The translations under genes were made by a program, and so were the position numbers. A stretch of 64,000 bases of DNA. It comes from an uncultured bacterium (GTDB taxonomy: Bacteria > DUMJ01). Under the pieces are notes generated by a model. The model was not told the origin of the DNA. It saw nothing but the letters and a program-made list of their open reading frames with translations, and ran no database searches. Shown here piece after piece: positions 44,457 to 54,366 of the stretch (the stretch's first letter is position 1; the number at the start of each line of letters is the position of its first letter). The stretch is from contig CALGNK010000010.1 of NCBI GenBank assembly GCA_937958695.1, positions 1,264-65,263 on the forward strand, given 5' to 3'.

Positions 44457-45803
44457 ATGGGTATTGAAGAGGTTGTAAAGGCAAATGTTCCTCCTCATAA
44501 TCTAGAGGCTGAAGAATCTGTGCTAGGAGCAATGCTCCTATCTAGGGATGCTATTGCCCAAGTAATAGAGATACTAGACTCAAGAAGCTTTTATAGGAAG
44601 GCGCATAGAGATATATATGAAGCAATTATAGAGCTCTTTGAAAGTGGAGAGCCGGTTGATATTATAAGTGTTTCTGATCATCTTTCTAAGAAGGGATTAT
44701 TAGAATCTGTAGGAGGGTATACATATCTTTCTAGTCTTCTGAATAAGATTCCTACCCCTTCTAATGCTGCCTACCATGCAAAGATAGTTCAAGAGAAGGC
44801 TATATTGAGAGAACTTATCGAAGCAGGGATAAAGATAAAAGAAATTGCAGAGGAAGAGAGCGATGAAGTCCCTGTTATTATGGATAAGGCGGAACAGCTT
44901 ATCTTTGCAGTAACTCAGCGTAAGGTCTTTCAGTATTTTATTCCTCTAAAAGAAGAACTATTTAATGTATTTGAGTTAATAGAGGTCAGGTCTAGAAGAC
45001 ATAGTTATTTAAGTGGTATACCTACAGGATTTGAGGAGTTTGATAAGCTGACAGGGGGACTCCAGTACTCCGACTTCATAGTGATAGCTGGACGTCCGTC
45101 TATGGGAAAGACTGCATTCTGTCTAAATATAGCCCATCATGTAGGTGTCAATCTTAAGTTACCAGTAGCTGTTTTTAGTCTAGAGATGTCATCAGAGCAG
45201 GTAGCTATGAGAATGCTCTCTGCAGAGGCTGGGATCCCGTACTATAAGCTTAGGGTTGGTGACCTTTCAGAACCAGAATGGAGAAAGATAACTACAAGTA
45301 TAAATGCCCTGGCGGAGGCTCCTATATACATAGATGATTCTCCTAACATTAGTGTATTGGAGATGAGAGCCAAGGCTAGAAGGCTCAAATCAGAAGTTGG
45401 GTTATCTATGATCATAATAGATTATCTACAACTTATGAGTTCTGGGGCAAGGATGGAGAATAGAGTCCAAGAGATTTCAAAGATATCAAGGGACCTGAAA
45501 GCTATGGCTAGAGAATTAAATGTCCCTGTAGTTACCCTTTCCCAGCTCTCTAGGGCGGTAGAGCAGAGACAGGATAAAAGACCTCAACTATCTGACCTGC
45601 GTGAGAGCGGTGCAATAGAACAAGAAGCTGACCTTGTCTTATTCTTATACAGAGAAGAGTATTATAATAAAGAAACTCCACAGAAGGGTACCTGCGAGGT
45701 TATAGTTGCAAAACATAGGAATGGTCCTACAGGCACAATAAAACTTGGATTTAATAAGGAGATTATGAAGTTTGAAGACCTAAGAGGAGGGTTGGTTCAG
45801 TAA
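44457..45803 (+). CDS. dnaB: replicative DNA helicase DnaB
   Basis: N-terminal PPHNLEAEESVLGAML, Walker A GRPSMGKTAF, Walker B IIIDYLQLM, QLSR and RESGAIEQEAD motifs. No intein. Confidence 0.95.
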   Translation: MGIEEVVKANVPPHNLEAEESVLGAMLLSRDAIAQVIEILDSRSFYRKAHRDIYEAIIELFESGEPVDIISVSDHLSKKGLLESVGGYTYLSSLLNKIPTPSNAAYHAKIVQEKAILRELIEAGIKIKEIAEEESDEVPVIMDKAEQLIFAVTQRKVFQYFIPLKEELFNVFELIEVRSRRHSYLSGIPTGFEEFDKLTGGLQYSDFIVIAGRPSMGKTAFCLNIAHHVGVNLKLPVAVFSLEMSSEQVAMRMLSAEAGIPYYKLRVGDLSEPEWRKITTSINALAEAPIYIDDSPNISVLEMRAKARRLKSEVGLSMIIIDYLQLMSSGARMENRVQEISKISRDLKAMARELNVPVVTLSQLSRAVEQRQDKRPQLSDLRESGAIEQEADLVLFLYREEYYNKETPQKGTCEVIVAKHRNGPTGTIKLGFNKEIMKFEDLRGGLVQ

Positions 45804-45804
45804 G

Positions 45805-46323
45805 ATGGCTTCTGCATTACTTATTATAGATATGTTAAATGACTTTGTCCATCCTAATGGTGTTTTATACTCACCTCTTTCTGCTAGAACGATTCCTTAC
45901 ATAAAGGAAAGGTTAGAGTCTGCAAGAAAAGACCGCTTAGATATCTTTTTTATATGCGATTCTCATCTAAGAAACGATAAAGAATTTGATAGATTTCCCC
46001 CTCACTGTGTAGAAGGGACTTGGGGTGCGCAGATTATAGATGAATTGGCACCTAGAGATGGCGAGAGGATAATAAAAAAGAGAAGATATAGTGGATTTTT
46101 GGGGACAGACTTGAATTTATCTCTTAAAGAGCTTGGCGTCGATGAGCTTATTATAACTGGAGTTGTAACCAATATCTGTATTTTATACACCTCTTATGAT
46201 GCTAGGATGCTTGGATATAGAGTAATCATCCCTAGAAATTGTGTGGCATCATTCTCTGAAGAGCTACATAAGTTTGCTCTAAATGAGCTAGAGAATACAC
46301 TAGGTGTAGAGATAATAGATTGA
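45805..46323 (+). CDS. isochorismatase-family cysteine hydrolase (nicotinamidase-like)
   Basis: Motifs ALLIIDMLNDF (Asp), KRRYSGF (Lys) and GVVTNICILYT (nucleophilic Cys). Confidence 0.75.
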   Translation: MASALLIIDMLNDFVHPNGVLYSPLSARTIPYIKERLESARKDRLDIFFICDSHLRNDKEFDRFPPHCVEGTWGAQIIDELAPRDGERIIKKRRYSGFLGTDLNLSLKELGVDELIITGVVTNICILYTSYDARMLGYRVIIPRNCVASFSEELHKFALNELENTLGVEIID

Positions 46324-47087
46324 CAGCAGAATATGATAGTTTTGCCTGGCTCTACGATATAGAATACAGAAATATTGTTGAAGATATTCCTTTCTACGTA
46401 GAATCGTTTAAAGATATCTCATCTCCTATACTTGAACTTGGTTGCGGTACAGGGAGATTATTATTTCCTCTAGCTTCTAACGGCCACAGCGTTGTAGGGT
46501 TAGACATATCTAGTGAGATGCTAAAGATAGCTAGGAGAAAGCTAAGAAAAGATTTCCCTGATTTAAAAGGGATGGTTAAATTAGTTAAAGGGGATATGAG
46601 AGATTTTTCTCTTAAGATGTCATTTGGCGGAGTATTAATAGCCTTTAATACCTTTATGCACCTTATCTCTATAAAGGAGCAGGACAATTGTCTTTCCTGT
46701 ATCTATAAACATCTAGAGCCTAATGGTAGACTCATAGTCAGTGTTACCAATATAACCCCAGAGTTGATATTTTCTAGAGATTTCTACCATCATAATGCGC
46801 TATTCTCTATAGATGAGATTGGGGGGTATCTACAAAAATATGAAACAAGGCTCTTTGATACCGTTCATCAGCTTATAAAGCTTAACATATTCTACGATAT
46901 AGTAGATAATAAGGGCACTGTTACTAGGTATGTTAGGGAAATGCTGCTTAGATACTTTCATAGATATGAGATGGAAAGACTATTTCTCTCTTATAACTTT
47001 AAAGTTTCTGCCCTTTACGGAGATTATGACTTTTCTTCATTTAAAGAGGATAGTCCATATATGATTTGGTTATTGGAGAAGAGATGA
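46320..47087 (+). CDS. class I SAM-dependent methyltransferase
   Basis: Motif I ILELGCGTGRL, followed by VVGLDIS and GDMRDF. Confidence 0.8.
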   Translation: MTAEYDSFAWLYDIEYRNIVEDIPFYVESFKDISSPILELGCGTGRLLFPLASNGHSVVGLDISSEMLKIARRKLRKDFPDLKGMVKLVKGDMRDFSLKMSFGGVLIAFNTFMHLISIKEQDNCLSCIYKHLEPNGRLIVSVTNITPELIFSRDFYHHNALFSIDEIGGYLQKYETRLFDTVHQLIKLNIFYDIVDNKGTVTRYVREMLLRYFHRYEMERLFLSYNFKVSALYGDYDFSSFKEDSPYMIWLLEKR

Positions 47088-47926
47088 TGGAGATTATTCT
47101 AGCAAAAGAGTTAGGATTTTGTTTTGGTGTAAGAAGGGCTATAGGCTTGGCAGAAGAGGCTTTAAGGCTTAAAAAGCTTGTAGCATCTCTAGGCCCAATA
47201 ATACATAATCCATTAGAGGTTTCTAGATTGGAGACTATGGGACTTAGGGTAATAGATAATATTAATGAATTAAAAGATGGAGAATCGATACTAATAAGGT
47301 CCCACGGCGCTCCGTTTGATGTCATTCAAGAATTAAAAAATAAAGGTATAGATATCATCGATGCTACCTGCCCTTTAGTGGCTAGAGCTCAGCGAATGGT
47401 AGAATTTCTATCTTCAGAAGGGTATAAAGTGATAATAGTTGGAGAACAGGGACATCCAGAGGTAAGGGGACTAGTCAGTTATGGAAAGGGTGATACCTTT
47501 GTTGTCTCTTCCTTAGAGGAGGTTCCAGAACTATCTAAAGAAAAGATAGGGATAGTAGGACAGACTACCTTTTCTTTAGAAAGGTTTAAGGAGATTGTAA
47601 GTGAAATAGTCAGTAGGTCATGGGAGATAAGGATATTTAATACCCTCTGCGATGCCTCTAGAAAGAGACAAAGAGCAGTTGAAGAACTGGTAGATAAAGC
47701 AGATGTTATAATAGTTATTGGTGGTAAAAATAGTGCTAATACTAGGAGATTAGTTGATATTGCAAAATCCAAAGGATCAATTGTATACCATATAGAATCT
47801 TGGGATGAGGTCTTGCCTGAGTGGTTTGTAGGTAAAGATAAAATTGGGATTACTGCAGGTGCTTCTACTCCTGATTGGGTTATAGATAAAGTCTTAGAAA
47901 AGATTAAAGAACTATGTTACCAGTAG
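47084..47926 (+). CDS. ispH: 4-hydroxy-3-methylbut-2-enyl diphosphate reductase (IspH/LytB)
   Basis: ORF track 47066..47926. ATG at 47084 overlaps the upstream stop (ATGA). Motifs GFCFGVRRA (Cys1), DATCPLV (Cys2), NTLCDAS (Cys3), SANTRRL. Confidence 0.92.
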   Translation: MMEIILAKELGFCFGVRRAIGLAEEALRLKKLVASLGPIIHNPLEVSRLETMGLRVIDNINELKDGESILIRSHGAPFDVIQELKNKGIDIIDATCPLVARAQRMVEFLSSEGYKVIIVGEQGHPEVRGLVSYGKGDTFVVSSLEEVPELSKEKIGIVGQTTFSLERFKEIVSEIVSRSWEIRIFNTLCDASRKRQRAVEELVDKADVIIVIGGKNSANTRRLVDIAKSKGSIVYHIESWDEVLPEWFVGKDKIGITAGASTPDWVIDKVLEKIKELCYQ

Positions 47927-49188
47927 TGGCTATTATAGGCAAACCCAATGTTGGGAAATCAACACTATTTAATAGAATACTTGGCAAAAGAAAAGCTGTA
48001 ACCAGTCCTATACCCCATACTACTAGGGATAGGTTGTATGAGGTGGGAGACTGGAATGGTATCCCTTTTGTCCTTGTTGATACGGGAGGATTCACTACAA
48101 AGAACGAAGATCCTTTTCAAGAGGATATAAATCTTGAGCTTAAAAAGACATTAGAAGAAGCGGATAAGATTATCTTTGTTGTAGATGCCAAGACCTCTAT
48201 AACTAGTGATGACTTAGAGCTTGCCCAATTGATAAGAGATTATGGTAAAAAGGTAATACTTGTAGTAAACAAGATAGATAACTTTTCTCAGAAAGACCTG
48301 ATTTTATCAGAATTTTTTTCACTAGGTTTTCCTGACATAGTCCCCATCTCTGCCTATCATGGGATAAATATAGATGAACTTTTAGATAAGATTGTAGAAT
48401 CATTTAGTCCGTCAGAAGAGTTAAAAGATGAGACTAGTTATTTGAAAGTAATCCTAGTTGGCAATGTAAACGTTGGTAAATCTTCGCTCTTTAATAGACT
48501 TATTGGTAAGGAAAGGTCTATAGTAAAAGAAATAGCAGGGACCACTAGGGATACTATAGAGGAAGAGTTAGCCCTAGATGGAGAAAAGATTCTACTTATA
48601 GATTCAGCTGGTATAAGGAGGAGATGGCGGGAAGGTTCTATAGTAGAGAAGGTTGCTGTATCAAATACACTGAGGGCTGTGAATAGGGCAGATGTAGCTA
48701 TCTTGGTGTTGGATATAGGGGAAGGTCTTACCAATTTTGATAAGAGAATTACTCAGAGTATAGTGGAGATGGAAAAGCCAATCATTGTTGTTTGGAATAA
48801 GGTAGACCTTTTGAAGAATATTGCAAATCCTCCTTCAGTTTTTCCCTTAGTTCCATATGCTCCTGTATGTTATACATCTTGCCTTACGGGAAAAGGTATA
48901 AAAAGACTGAAGAGCACAATACTTTCGGTTATAAATTCAGGCAGGAAAGAACTAAAAAAGCGTGAGTTGGACAGTGCTATTGCAGGTTTGGCATTCCCTG
49001 GAGAGGAGGGTAAGATGGTAAAGGTCTACTATGGAAAGCAGGTAGAGACTTTACCTCCTAAATTCTTAGTTTTTGTTAATAGTATTGAAGGGGTAAATGA
49101 AAGGACATATCAAGAGGTAGTAAAAAAGATAAGGAGTGTTTATCCATTTTTGGGAAATCCTATAAAAATAGAATGGAGGGAAAGTTGA
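47914..49188 (+). CDS. der: ribosome biogenesis GTPase Der (EngA)
   Basis: Two G domains (GKPNVGKST..DTGG..NKID and GNVNVGKSS..DSAG..NKVD) plus a KH-like C-terminus. Confidence 0.92.
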   Translation: MLPVVAIIGKPNVGKSTLFNRILGKRKAVTSPIPHTTRDRLYEVGDWNGIPFVLVDTGGFTTKNEDPFQEDINLELKKTLEEADKIIFVVDAKTSITSDDLELAQLIRDYGKKVILVVNKIDNFSQKDLILSEFFSLGFPDIVPISAYHGINIDELLDKIVESFSPSEELKDETSYLKVILVGNVNVGKSSLFNRLIGKERSIVKEIAGTTRDTIEEELALDGEKILLIDSAGIRRRWREGSIVEKVAVSNTLRAVNRADVAILVLDIGEGLTNFDKRITQSIVEMEKPIIVVWNKVDLLKNIANPPSVFPLVPYAPVCYTSCLTGKGIKRLKSTILSVINSGRKELKKRELDSAIAGLAFPGEEGKMVKVYYGKQVETLPPKFLVFVNSIEGVNERTYQEVVKKIRSVYPFLGNPIKIEWRES

Positions 49189-49778
49189 GAGTAATACTTC
49201 TCTATATCTTTAGTTTTTTACTTGGTGGTGTGCCTTTTGGGTATCTTATAGGAAAGCATATCTATAATGTGGATATAAGGAGTAAGGGTAGTGGTAACAT
49301 AGGGGCTACCAATGTCTTTAGGACTCTTGGAACCGTTCCAGGTTTAATTGTCTTTGCTACCGATCTCCTAAAAGGGGCAGTGCCTGTCTTTATAGGTAGA
49401 GCGATAGGGCTACCCAGAGAACTCTTCTTGCTTGCTGGAGCACTATCCGTATTGGGTCACTGCTTTTCTCCCTTTTTGGGCTTTAAAGGAGGAAAGGGGG
49501 TAAGCTCTACCTATGGGATGATGTTAGCATTTGACCCTGTTGTAGCAATCCTTTCTTTTTTAGTTGAGGGAGGATTCATAGTTATCTGGGGCTATGTATC
49601 TTTAGGCTCCATAGCTAGCGTTATATGCATGGTACTGTTTCTTATAATAAGGGGACATAACTTTTTCTCCATACTTATAATGGCTCTTACCTCTTTACTG
49701 ATCATCATTCGTCATAAAGATAATATAAAGAGACTCCTAGAGGGAAAAGAGAATAAGTTCGTGCTAAGGACTCGTTAA
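49173..49778 (+). CDS. plsY: glycerol-3-phosphate acyltransferase PlsY
   Basis: Polytopic protein with motifs GSGNIGATN and FKGGKGV. Confidence 0.9.
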   Translation: MEGKLRVILLYIFSFLLGGVPFGYLIGKHIYNVDIRSKGSGNIGATNVFRTLGTVPGLIVFATDLLKGAVPVFIGRAIGLPRELFLLAGALSVLGHCFSPFLGFKGGKGVSSTYGMMLAFDPVVAILSFLVEGGFIVIWGYVSLGSIASVICMVLFLIIRGHNFFSILIMALTSLLIIIRHKDNIKRLLEGKENKFVLRTR

Positions 49779-50545
49779 TGGCAATACCTAAAGCGCTGAA
49801 ATCTAGAATAAATGCCTTAAAACTTAGTATAGGAGATGCCCAAGAGAGATATTTCCTCGCTGAGGGATGGAATGTAGTTAGAGAGGGGCTAAATTCTGGT
49901 TGGCTTCCTAAATGGCTTATAATAAGTGAAGAGAATGTAGAAAGGTATACTTCAACTATATCCCAAGTTAGTAATGAAGTAGAGATATACATAGTAGATA
50001 GGAAGGAAATGAGAGATCTTTCTACGTTAGAAACCCCTCCCGGAATAATTGGGATATTCCCTAGAAGAGAGTTATCTCTTCCTGATAGTAATATCTTAGT
50101 GATTGTAGATGGACTTCAAGATCCAGGTAATCTAGGGACTATTATAAGGACAGCTGATGCTGTTGGGTCTGGTGGGGTAGCGGTTTTAAAAGGAAGTATA
50201 GACCCGTATAATCATAAGGTAGTCCGTGGTAGTATGGGATCTATCTTTCATATCCCTGTTATCAAGATAGAAGATGTGGAGAATTTTTTGAATAGAATAA
50301 AGGATAGGTATCTTATAGTTGGAACAAGTTCTTATGGAGAAGAACTCTATTATAATTTCCCTTGGAGTTTTCCGGTAGCTCTAATATTTGGAAGTGAGGC
50401 TAGGGGACTATCGAAAGAAGTCGAACGATTCTGCAATGTCATAGTAAAAATTCCAATATTCGGAAGATCTGAGTCTCTAAATGTAGCAGTAGCTTGTGGG
50501 ATTATTCTGTACGAAGTGGTAAGAAAGTTATCCATTAATAAATAG
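49778..50545 (+). CDS. TrmH/SpoU-family RNA 2'-O-methyltransferase
   Basis: SpoU motifs DGLQDPGNLGTIIRTA, LIFGSEARGLS and IPIFGRSESLNVAVACGIILYE. Confidence 0.85.
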   Translation: MAIPKALKSRINALKLSIGDAQERYFLAEGWNVVREGLNSGWLPKWLIISEENVERYTSTISQVSNEVEIYIVDRKEMRDLSTLETPPGIIGIFPRRELSLPDSNILVIVDGLQDPGNLGTIIRTADAVGSGGVAVLKGSIDPYNHKVVRGSMGSIFHIPVIKIEDVENFLNRIKDRYLIVGTSSYGEELYYNFPWSFPVALIFGSEARGLSKEVERFCNVIVKIPIFGRSESLNVAVACGIILYEVVRKLSINK

Positions 50546-50613
50546 CCAATTAAGAATGAGAGTATGATAAAATATTAACTGTCCTATTATTTTTTATTAA
50601 GGAGGGATATATT

Positions 50614-50841
50614 ATGGCTACTAAGATTCGTTATGTTAGTAGGGGGGCTAAAGATCTACCAGAGTTATATTCGGTAATACCGAGTAATTATCAATATGTA
50701 TTTGATAGTCCTTCTCAGGCTAGGCAAAAGGCTAAGTCTTTGACGTTAGAAACAGGTGAAAGCCATATAGTGGTAAAACATCTAGGATATATGGAGGTTG
50801 TCCCTGAGACAAAGAAAAGAGGAAGAAGGAGTACAAAGTAG
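50614..50841 (+). CDS. hypothetical protein, 75 aa, basic C-terminal tail
   Basis: ORF with a strong SD (AAGGAGGGATATATTATG). No recognisable family. Confidence 0.5.
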   Translation: MATKIRYVSRGAKDLPELYSVIPSNYQYVFDSPSQARQKAKSLTLETGESHIVVKHLGYMEVVPETKKRGRRSTK

Positions 50842-51238
50842 TAGATTCCCATACTGTTTTGCCTGTGGAGAGTTAAATCCGATAGGGCTTCATCTAAGAT
50901 TTATTAAGAACGATACTTATATAGAAACAGAGTTTTCTCCTAGCGAATTCCATCAGGGATATCCAAATATTGTTCATGGGGGAATTGTGACTACACTGCT
51001 AGATGAGGCTATGGCTTATGCGCTAGAGCTTAATAGTTATAGAGGTCTTACTGTTAAACTCTATGTGAGATTCTTAAAGCCTCTTAAGCCCCAAGATAAC
51101 TATAAGATAAGGGGTTATATAGATAAGATTAGAGGTAGATTGGCTAGAGTTCATTCCGAGATTATAGATCAGAATGATAATATTATGGCTAAGGCTTATG
51201 GGCTATTCTTTATAGATAATAAGATAGGAGGCGAGTGA
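50798..51238 (+). CDS. PaaI/YbgC-like hotdog-fold thioesterase
   Basis: N-terminal CFACG..NP.GL and core VHGGIVTTLLDEAM. The TTG start abuts GGAGG (poor spacing), so the true start is uncertain. Confidence 0.75.
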   Translation: MSLRQRKEEEGVQSSRFPYCFACGELNPIGLHLRFIKNDTYIETEFSPSEFHQGYPNIVHGGIVTTLLDEAMAYALELNSYRGLTVKLYVRFLKPLKPQDNYKIRGYIDKIRGRLARVHSEIIDQNDNIMAKAYGLFFIDNKIGGE

Positions 51239-52170
51239 TTTTGACTAAGAGAGAAAGGGTTTTATCTGCAGTAAAGGGAGAGCTTGTTGATAGGATACCA
51301 TTTAGTTTTTGGTATCATTTTAGATGGTTAGAATTCCCTTCAGGAGAACCTTTAGCTAGAGAAGAACTTAATTTTTATAAGATGTACGATCCAGATTTCC
51401 TAAAGGTTATGCATGATATACCATATGAACTACCAGGTGGGATTTCTGTTATAGATAATCCTGAGGACTGGTATAAACTAGATATACTTAGCCCAGATAC
51501 GAAGAACTTTATAGCCCAGCGTAAAGCATTAGAAATAATAATTAAAAATCTACCTGACGATGGATTTGTTATAGATACCATATTTAGCACGTTTGCCTAT
51601 GCAGAAAAATTAACCAATAAAAAGACTTTGGAGCATCTAAAGGCTAACCCCAAAGCACTACATTATGGCTTAGAAACTATAGCCAGGTCTTTAGCTAATT
51701 TTATAAAATCCTGCAAAGATATAAAACTCTCAGGCATATATATGGCTCTCCAGGGTGCTAATAGAGACATAATGGACTCTTCAACCTATAGAGAACACTT
51801 TATGCCATACGATATGATTATATGGGAATCTGCAAGAGGCTTAGATTTTAATATCCTACATCTGCATGGCTATGAGTTAATGTTTGATGTTATCAGGGTT
51901 TTTAACCCTGAGGTTATTACTTGGAGTAACAGACTCACACCTCCATCTCTAGAGACAGCTAGAAGCCTATATGATGGTTGTATAGCGGCTGGATTGAACG
52001 AAGAGGCTATTATAAATTACTCACTTAATGAGGTTAGAAAAGAGGTACTTAAGAGCATAGTTGAAGCTGGAGCCAAGAAGCTTATAATAGCACCAGGTTG
52101 TGCTGTCCCTACCGAGACACCTAAAGAGAAACTCTTGGCTATTAGAGAGACGCTAGAGGAACTAAGATGA
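51235..52170 (+). CDS. uroporphyrinogen decarboxylase (URO-D) family protein, MtaA/CmuA-like rather than HemE
   Basis: 311 aa with a URO-D-fold pattern (G..VDRIPFSFW.., LHLHG, IIAPGCAVP). It lacks the HemE PVWxMRQAGR N-terminal motif. Confidence 0.6.
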   Translation: MILTKRERVLSAVKGELVDRIPFSFWYHFRWLEFPSGEPLAREELNFYKMYDPDFLKVMHDIPYELPGGISVIDNPEDWYKLDILSPDTKNFIAQRKALEIIIKNLPDDGFVIDTIFSTFAYAEKLTNKKTLEHLKANPKALHYGLETIARSLANFIKSCKDIKLSGIYMALQGANRDIMDSSTYREHFMPYDMIIWESARGLDFNILHLHGYELMFDVIRVFNPEVITWSNRLTPPSLETARSLYDGCIAAGLNEEAIINYSLNEVRKEVLKSIVEAGAKKLIIAPGCAVPTETPKEKLLAIRETLEELR

Positions 52171-52964
52171 TGCAACAGGAAACGCTATCAGAATTAACTA
52201 GGCTTGTAGAGGCAAGAACAAAAAAGATTGCTGTTATTGCCTGTGAAGTATTGTGTAGAGAGGTCTGTTATGCAATTCTAAATAGTAAAAATATTATCCA
52301 CCCTGTATTCAAGATTAAAGGACTCCATGATAATCCTGAGAAGATGAAGATAGAATTGCAGAAGGAGATAGATAGGATATCTTACTCTTCTTATGTAGAC
52401 TATCAGGCTATTGTCTTGATATATGGTCTTTGTAGTAATGGGACTATGGGGATTACTGCTAGAAATATTCCAATTATAATTCCAAAGGCTCATGACTGTA
52501 TAACGCTCTTTTTAGGCTCTAAAGAGAGATATAACAGAGAGTTCTCTAGAAATCCTGGAACTTATTATTTTACCACTGGCTGGGTTGAAAGAGGTGGGGA
52601 GACTATAGACAGGTCTCCTGCAAGTGGATATGGTTTGGGAAGGACTTACGAAGAGTATGTAGAAAAGTATGGGGAGGAAAATGCCAAATATCTTTTTGAG
52701 TTAGAGAGGTCTTGGCTTTCTAGATATAACCGGGCGGTCTATATAGATATGAGGCTTCCTATTCCTTTTTCCTATGAGGAGGATGTAAAGAGAGAGGCTG
52801 AGAGTAGAAATTGGAGCTATAGTAAGATAGATGGTGATATGAGATTAATTATTAGTGCTGTTGATGGTTCTTGGAATCCAAACGATTTTCTTATAGTCCC
52901 TCCTGGATACTCTATACAGCCAAGTTATGATAGAGAGGTTTTAAAGATAGAACCTGAAGGATGA
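52167..52964 (+). CDS. DUF1638 domain protein
   Basis: Motifs IAVIACEVLCREV, GLHDNPEKM, IVLIYGLCSNG and KAHDCITLFLGS match my memory of the DUF1638 pattern. The start overlaps the upstream stop. Confidence 0.55.
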   Translation: MMQQETLSELTRLVEARTKKIAVIACEVLCREVCYAILNSKNIIHPVFKIKGLHDNPEKMKIELQKEIDRISYSSYVDYQAIVLIYGLCSNGTMGITARNIPIIIPKAHDCITLFLGSKERYNREFSRNPGTYYFTTGWVERGGETIDRSPASGYGLGRTYEEYVEKYGEENAKYLFELERSWLSRYNRAVYIDMRLPIPFSYEEDVKREAESRNWSYSKIDGDMRLIISAVDGSWNPNDFLIVPPGYSIQPSYDREVLKIEPEG

Positions 52965-54211
52965 ATGACACAATAGGACTTTCACCTAAACAATACAGGA
53001 GGAACTTTATACTTGGGGCGACCCAGTCAGGTCTATGGGGATTAGCATTGACCTTTGCATCTACAGCAACTGTAATCCCTATGTTCTTAAAGAAGCTTGG
53101 GGCTTCTGATGTAGAGATAGGTCTTATTCCAACATTAGTTAATCTTGGTTTTACCTTTCCAAGCATCTTTTCTGCTCCTATTGTAGAGAGAGTAAAATCT
53201 GTTAAGAGTTTTATTATAACTGTTACCTGGATTGAGAGGAGTCCATATCCTTTCCTTTCTCTTTTAGCCTTTACTCTAGCAAAGACAAATCCTGCCTTGA
53301 CTATTTACTTATCACTTATGTTTTTGGCCATAGGATACTTTGGTGTAGGTTTTATAATGCCAGGTTGGATGGATTTTGTTGCTAGGATTATTCCTGTAAC
53401 CAGCAGGGGTAAGTTTATCGCTTTGGGTAACGGACTTGGAGGTGTTCTAGGGATAGGCGGTTCTATACTAGTAGGTAAGATCTTGAGTACTTATCCCTTT
53501 CCCAAAAACTTTGGTATCTGTTTTGTTATTACAATGGCTATTCTTCTTATAGCCTATGTTATTCTTCTATTTATAAAAGAGCCGGAGATAGAGAAAAAAG
53601 AGAATAACGAAAAGACAAGTTATATTAAAGAAATACCCAATATCTTGAAGATTAATAAGCACTTTAGAAATTATGTATTGGCAAGATTCCTTGTTAGTTT
53701 TGGTGTGATGGGATTAGCTTTCTATACTGTGCATGCGGTTAGTAAGTTTTCTCTTCCTGATAGATATATAGGGACATTTACTATGTTTTTTGTTGGCGCT
53801 CAGCCTCTGGCTAATCTGCTCTGGGGTCCCTTAGCAGATAGGACAGGTCATAAGAATGTCCTGCTTGGTGGTGTTACCTGTAATCTTATAGGGAATCTTA
53901 TAGCCCTTGTTACCCCTATAGTCAGTCCATACTATATTGCCTTTGCCCTCTCTGGTGCTATGAATAGCGCGTTTATGATCTCTAGTCTTCCAATAATACT
54001 TGAGTTTGCTCCTCCTGAGAGAAGACCAACCTATATAGGAATAAACAACATCTTAATATCTCCAGCATTAGCTCTTAGCCCGCTGATTGGTGGATTTATA
54101 GCAAAGAACTTTGGTTATCCAACAGTATTTTTTGTCTCTTTAATAGCAAATGTTATAGGTTTAATTATTCTCTACTTTGGAGTAGTAGATCCAAGAAAGA
54201 ATGAGTTATAG
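52961..54211 (+). CDS. MFS transporter (12 TM)
   Basis: 416 aa with about 12 hydrophobic segments in 6+6 arrangement and a central charged loop (KEPEIEKKENNEK). The start overlaps the upstream stop. Confidence 0.8.
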   Translation: MNDTIGLSPKQYRRNFILGATQSGLWGLALTFASTATVIPMFLKKLGASDVEIGLIPTLVNLGFTFPSIFSAPIVERVKSVKSFIITVTWIERSPYPFLSLLAFTLAKTNPALTIYLSLMFLAIGYFGVGFIMPGWMDFVARIIPVTSRGKFIALGNGLGGVLGIGGSILVGKILSTYPFPKNFGICFVITMAILLIAYVILLFIKEPEIEKKENNEKTSYIKEIPNILKINKHFRNYVLARFLVSFGVMGLAFYTVHAVSKFSLPDRYIGTFTMFFVGAQPLANLLWGPLADRTGHKNVLLGGVTCNLIGNLIALVTPIVSPYYIAFALSGAMNSAFMISSLPIILEFAPPERRPTYIGINNILISPALALSPLIGGFIAKNFGYPTVFFVSLIANVIGLIILYFGVVDPRKNEL

Positions 54212-54366
54212 GTATTTTCATTACAAATATTCAATATAAATATCAGCTAATGACTAATTTTAAAGTGGGTTGAAGGTTATTTAAAGCTTGACAATTGTTT
54301 TATAGTATAAATAGCATAATTAGAACAATTTATTAATTAACAATATTTTAAATGGAAGTACATATT

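Noticed and set aside
54288-54320. TTGACA at 54288-93 as the -35 element of a promoter for the HD-GYP unit (also TTGACA at 54555-60)
   Set aside because: No acceptable -10 lies at 16-19 nt spacing from either. TATAAA-like hexamers fall at 12-14 nt or 21 nt. Left uncalled.
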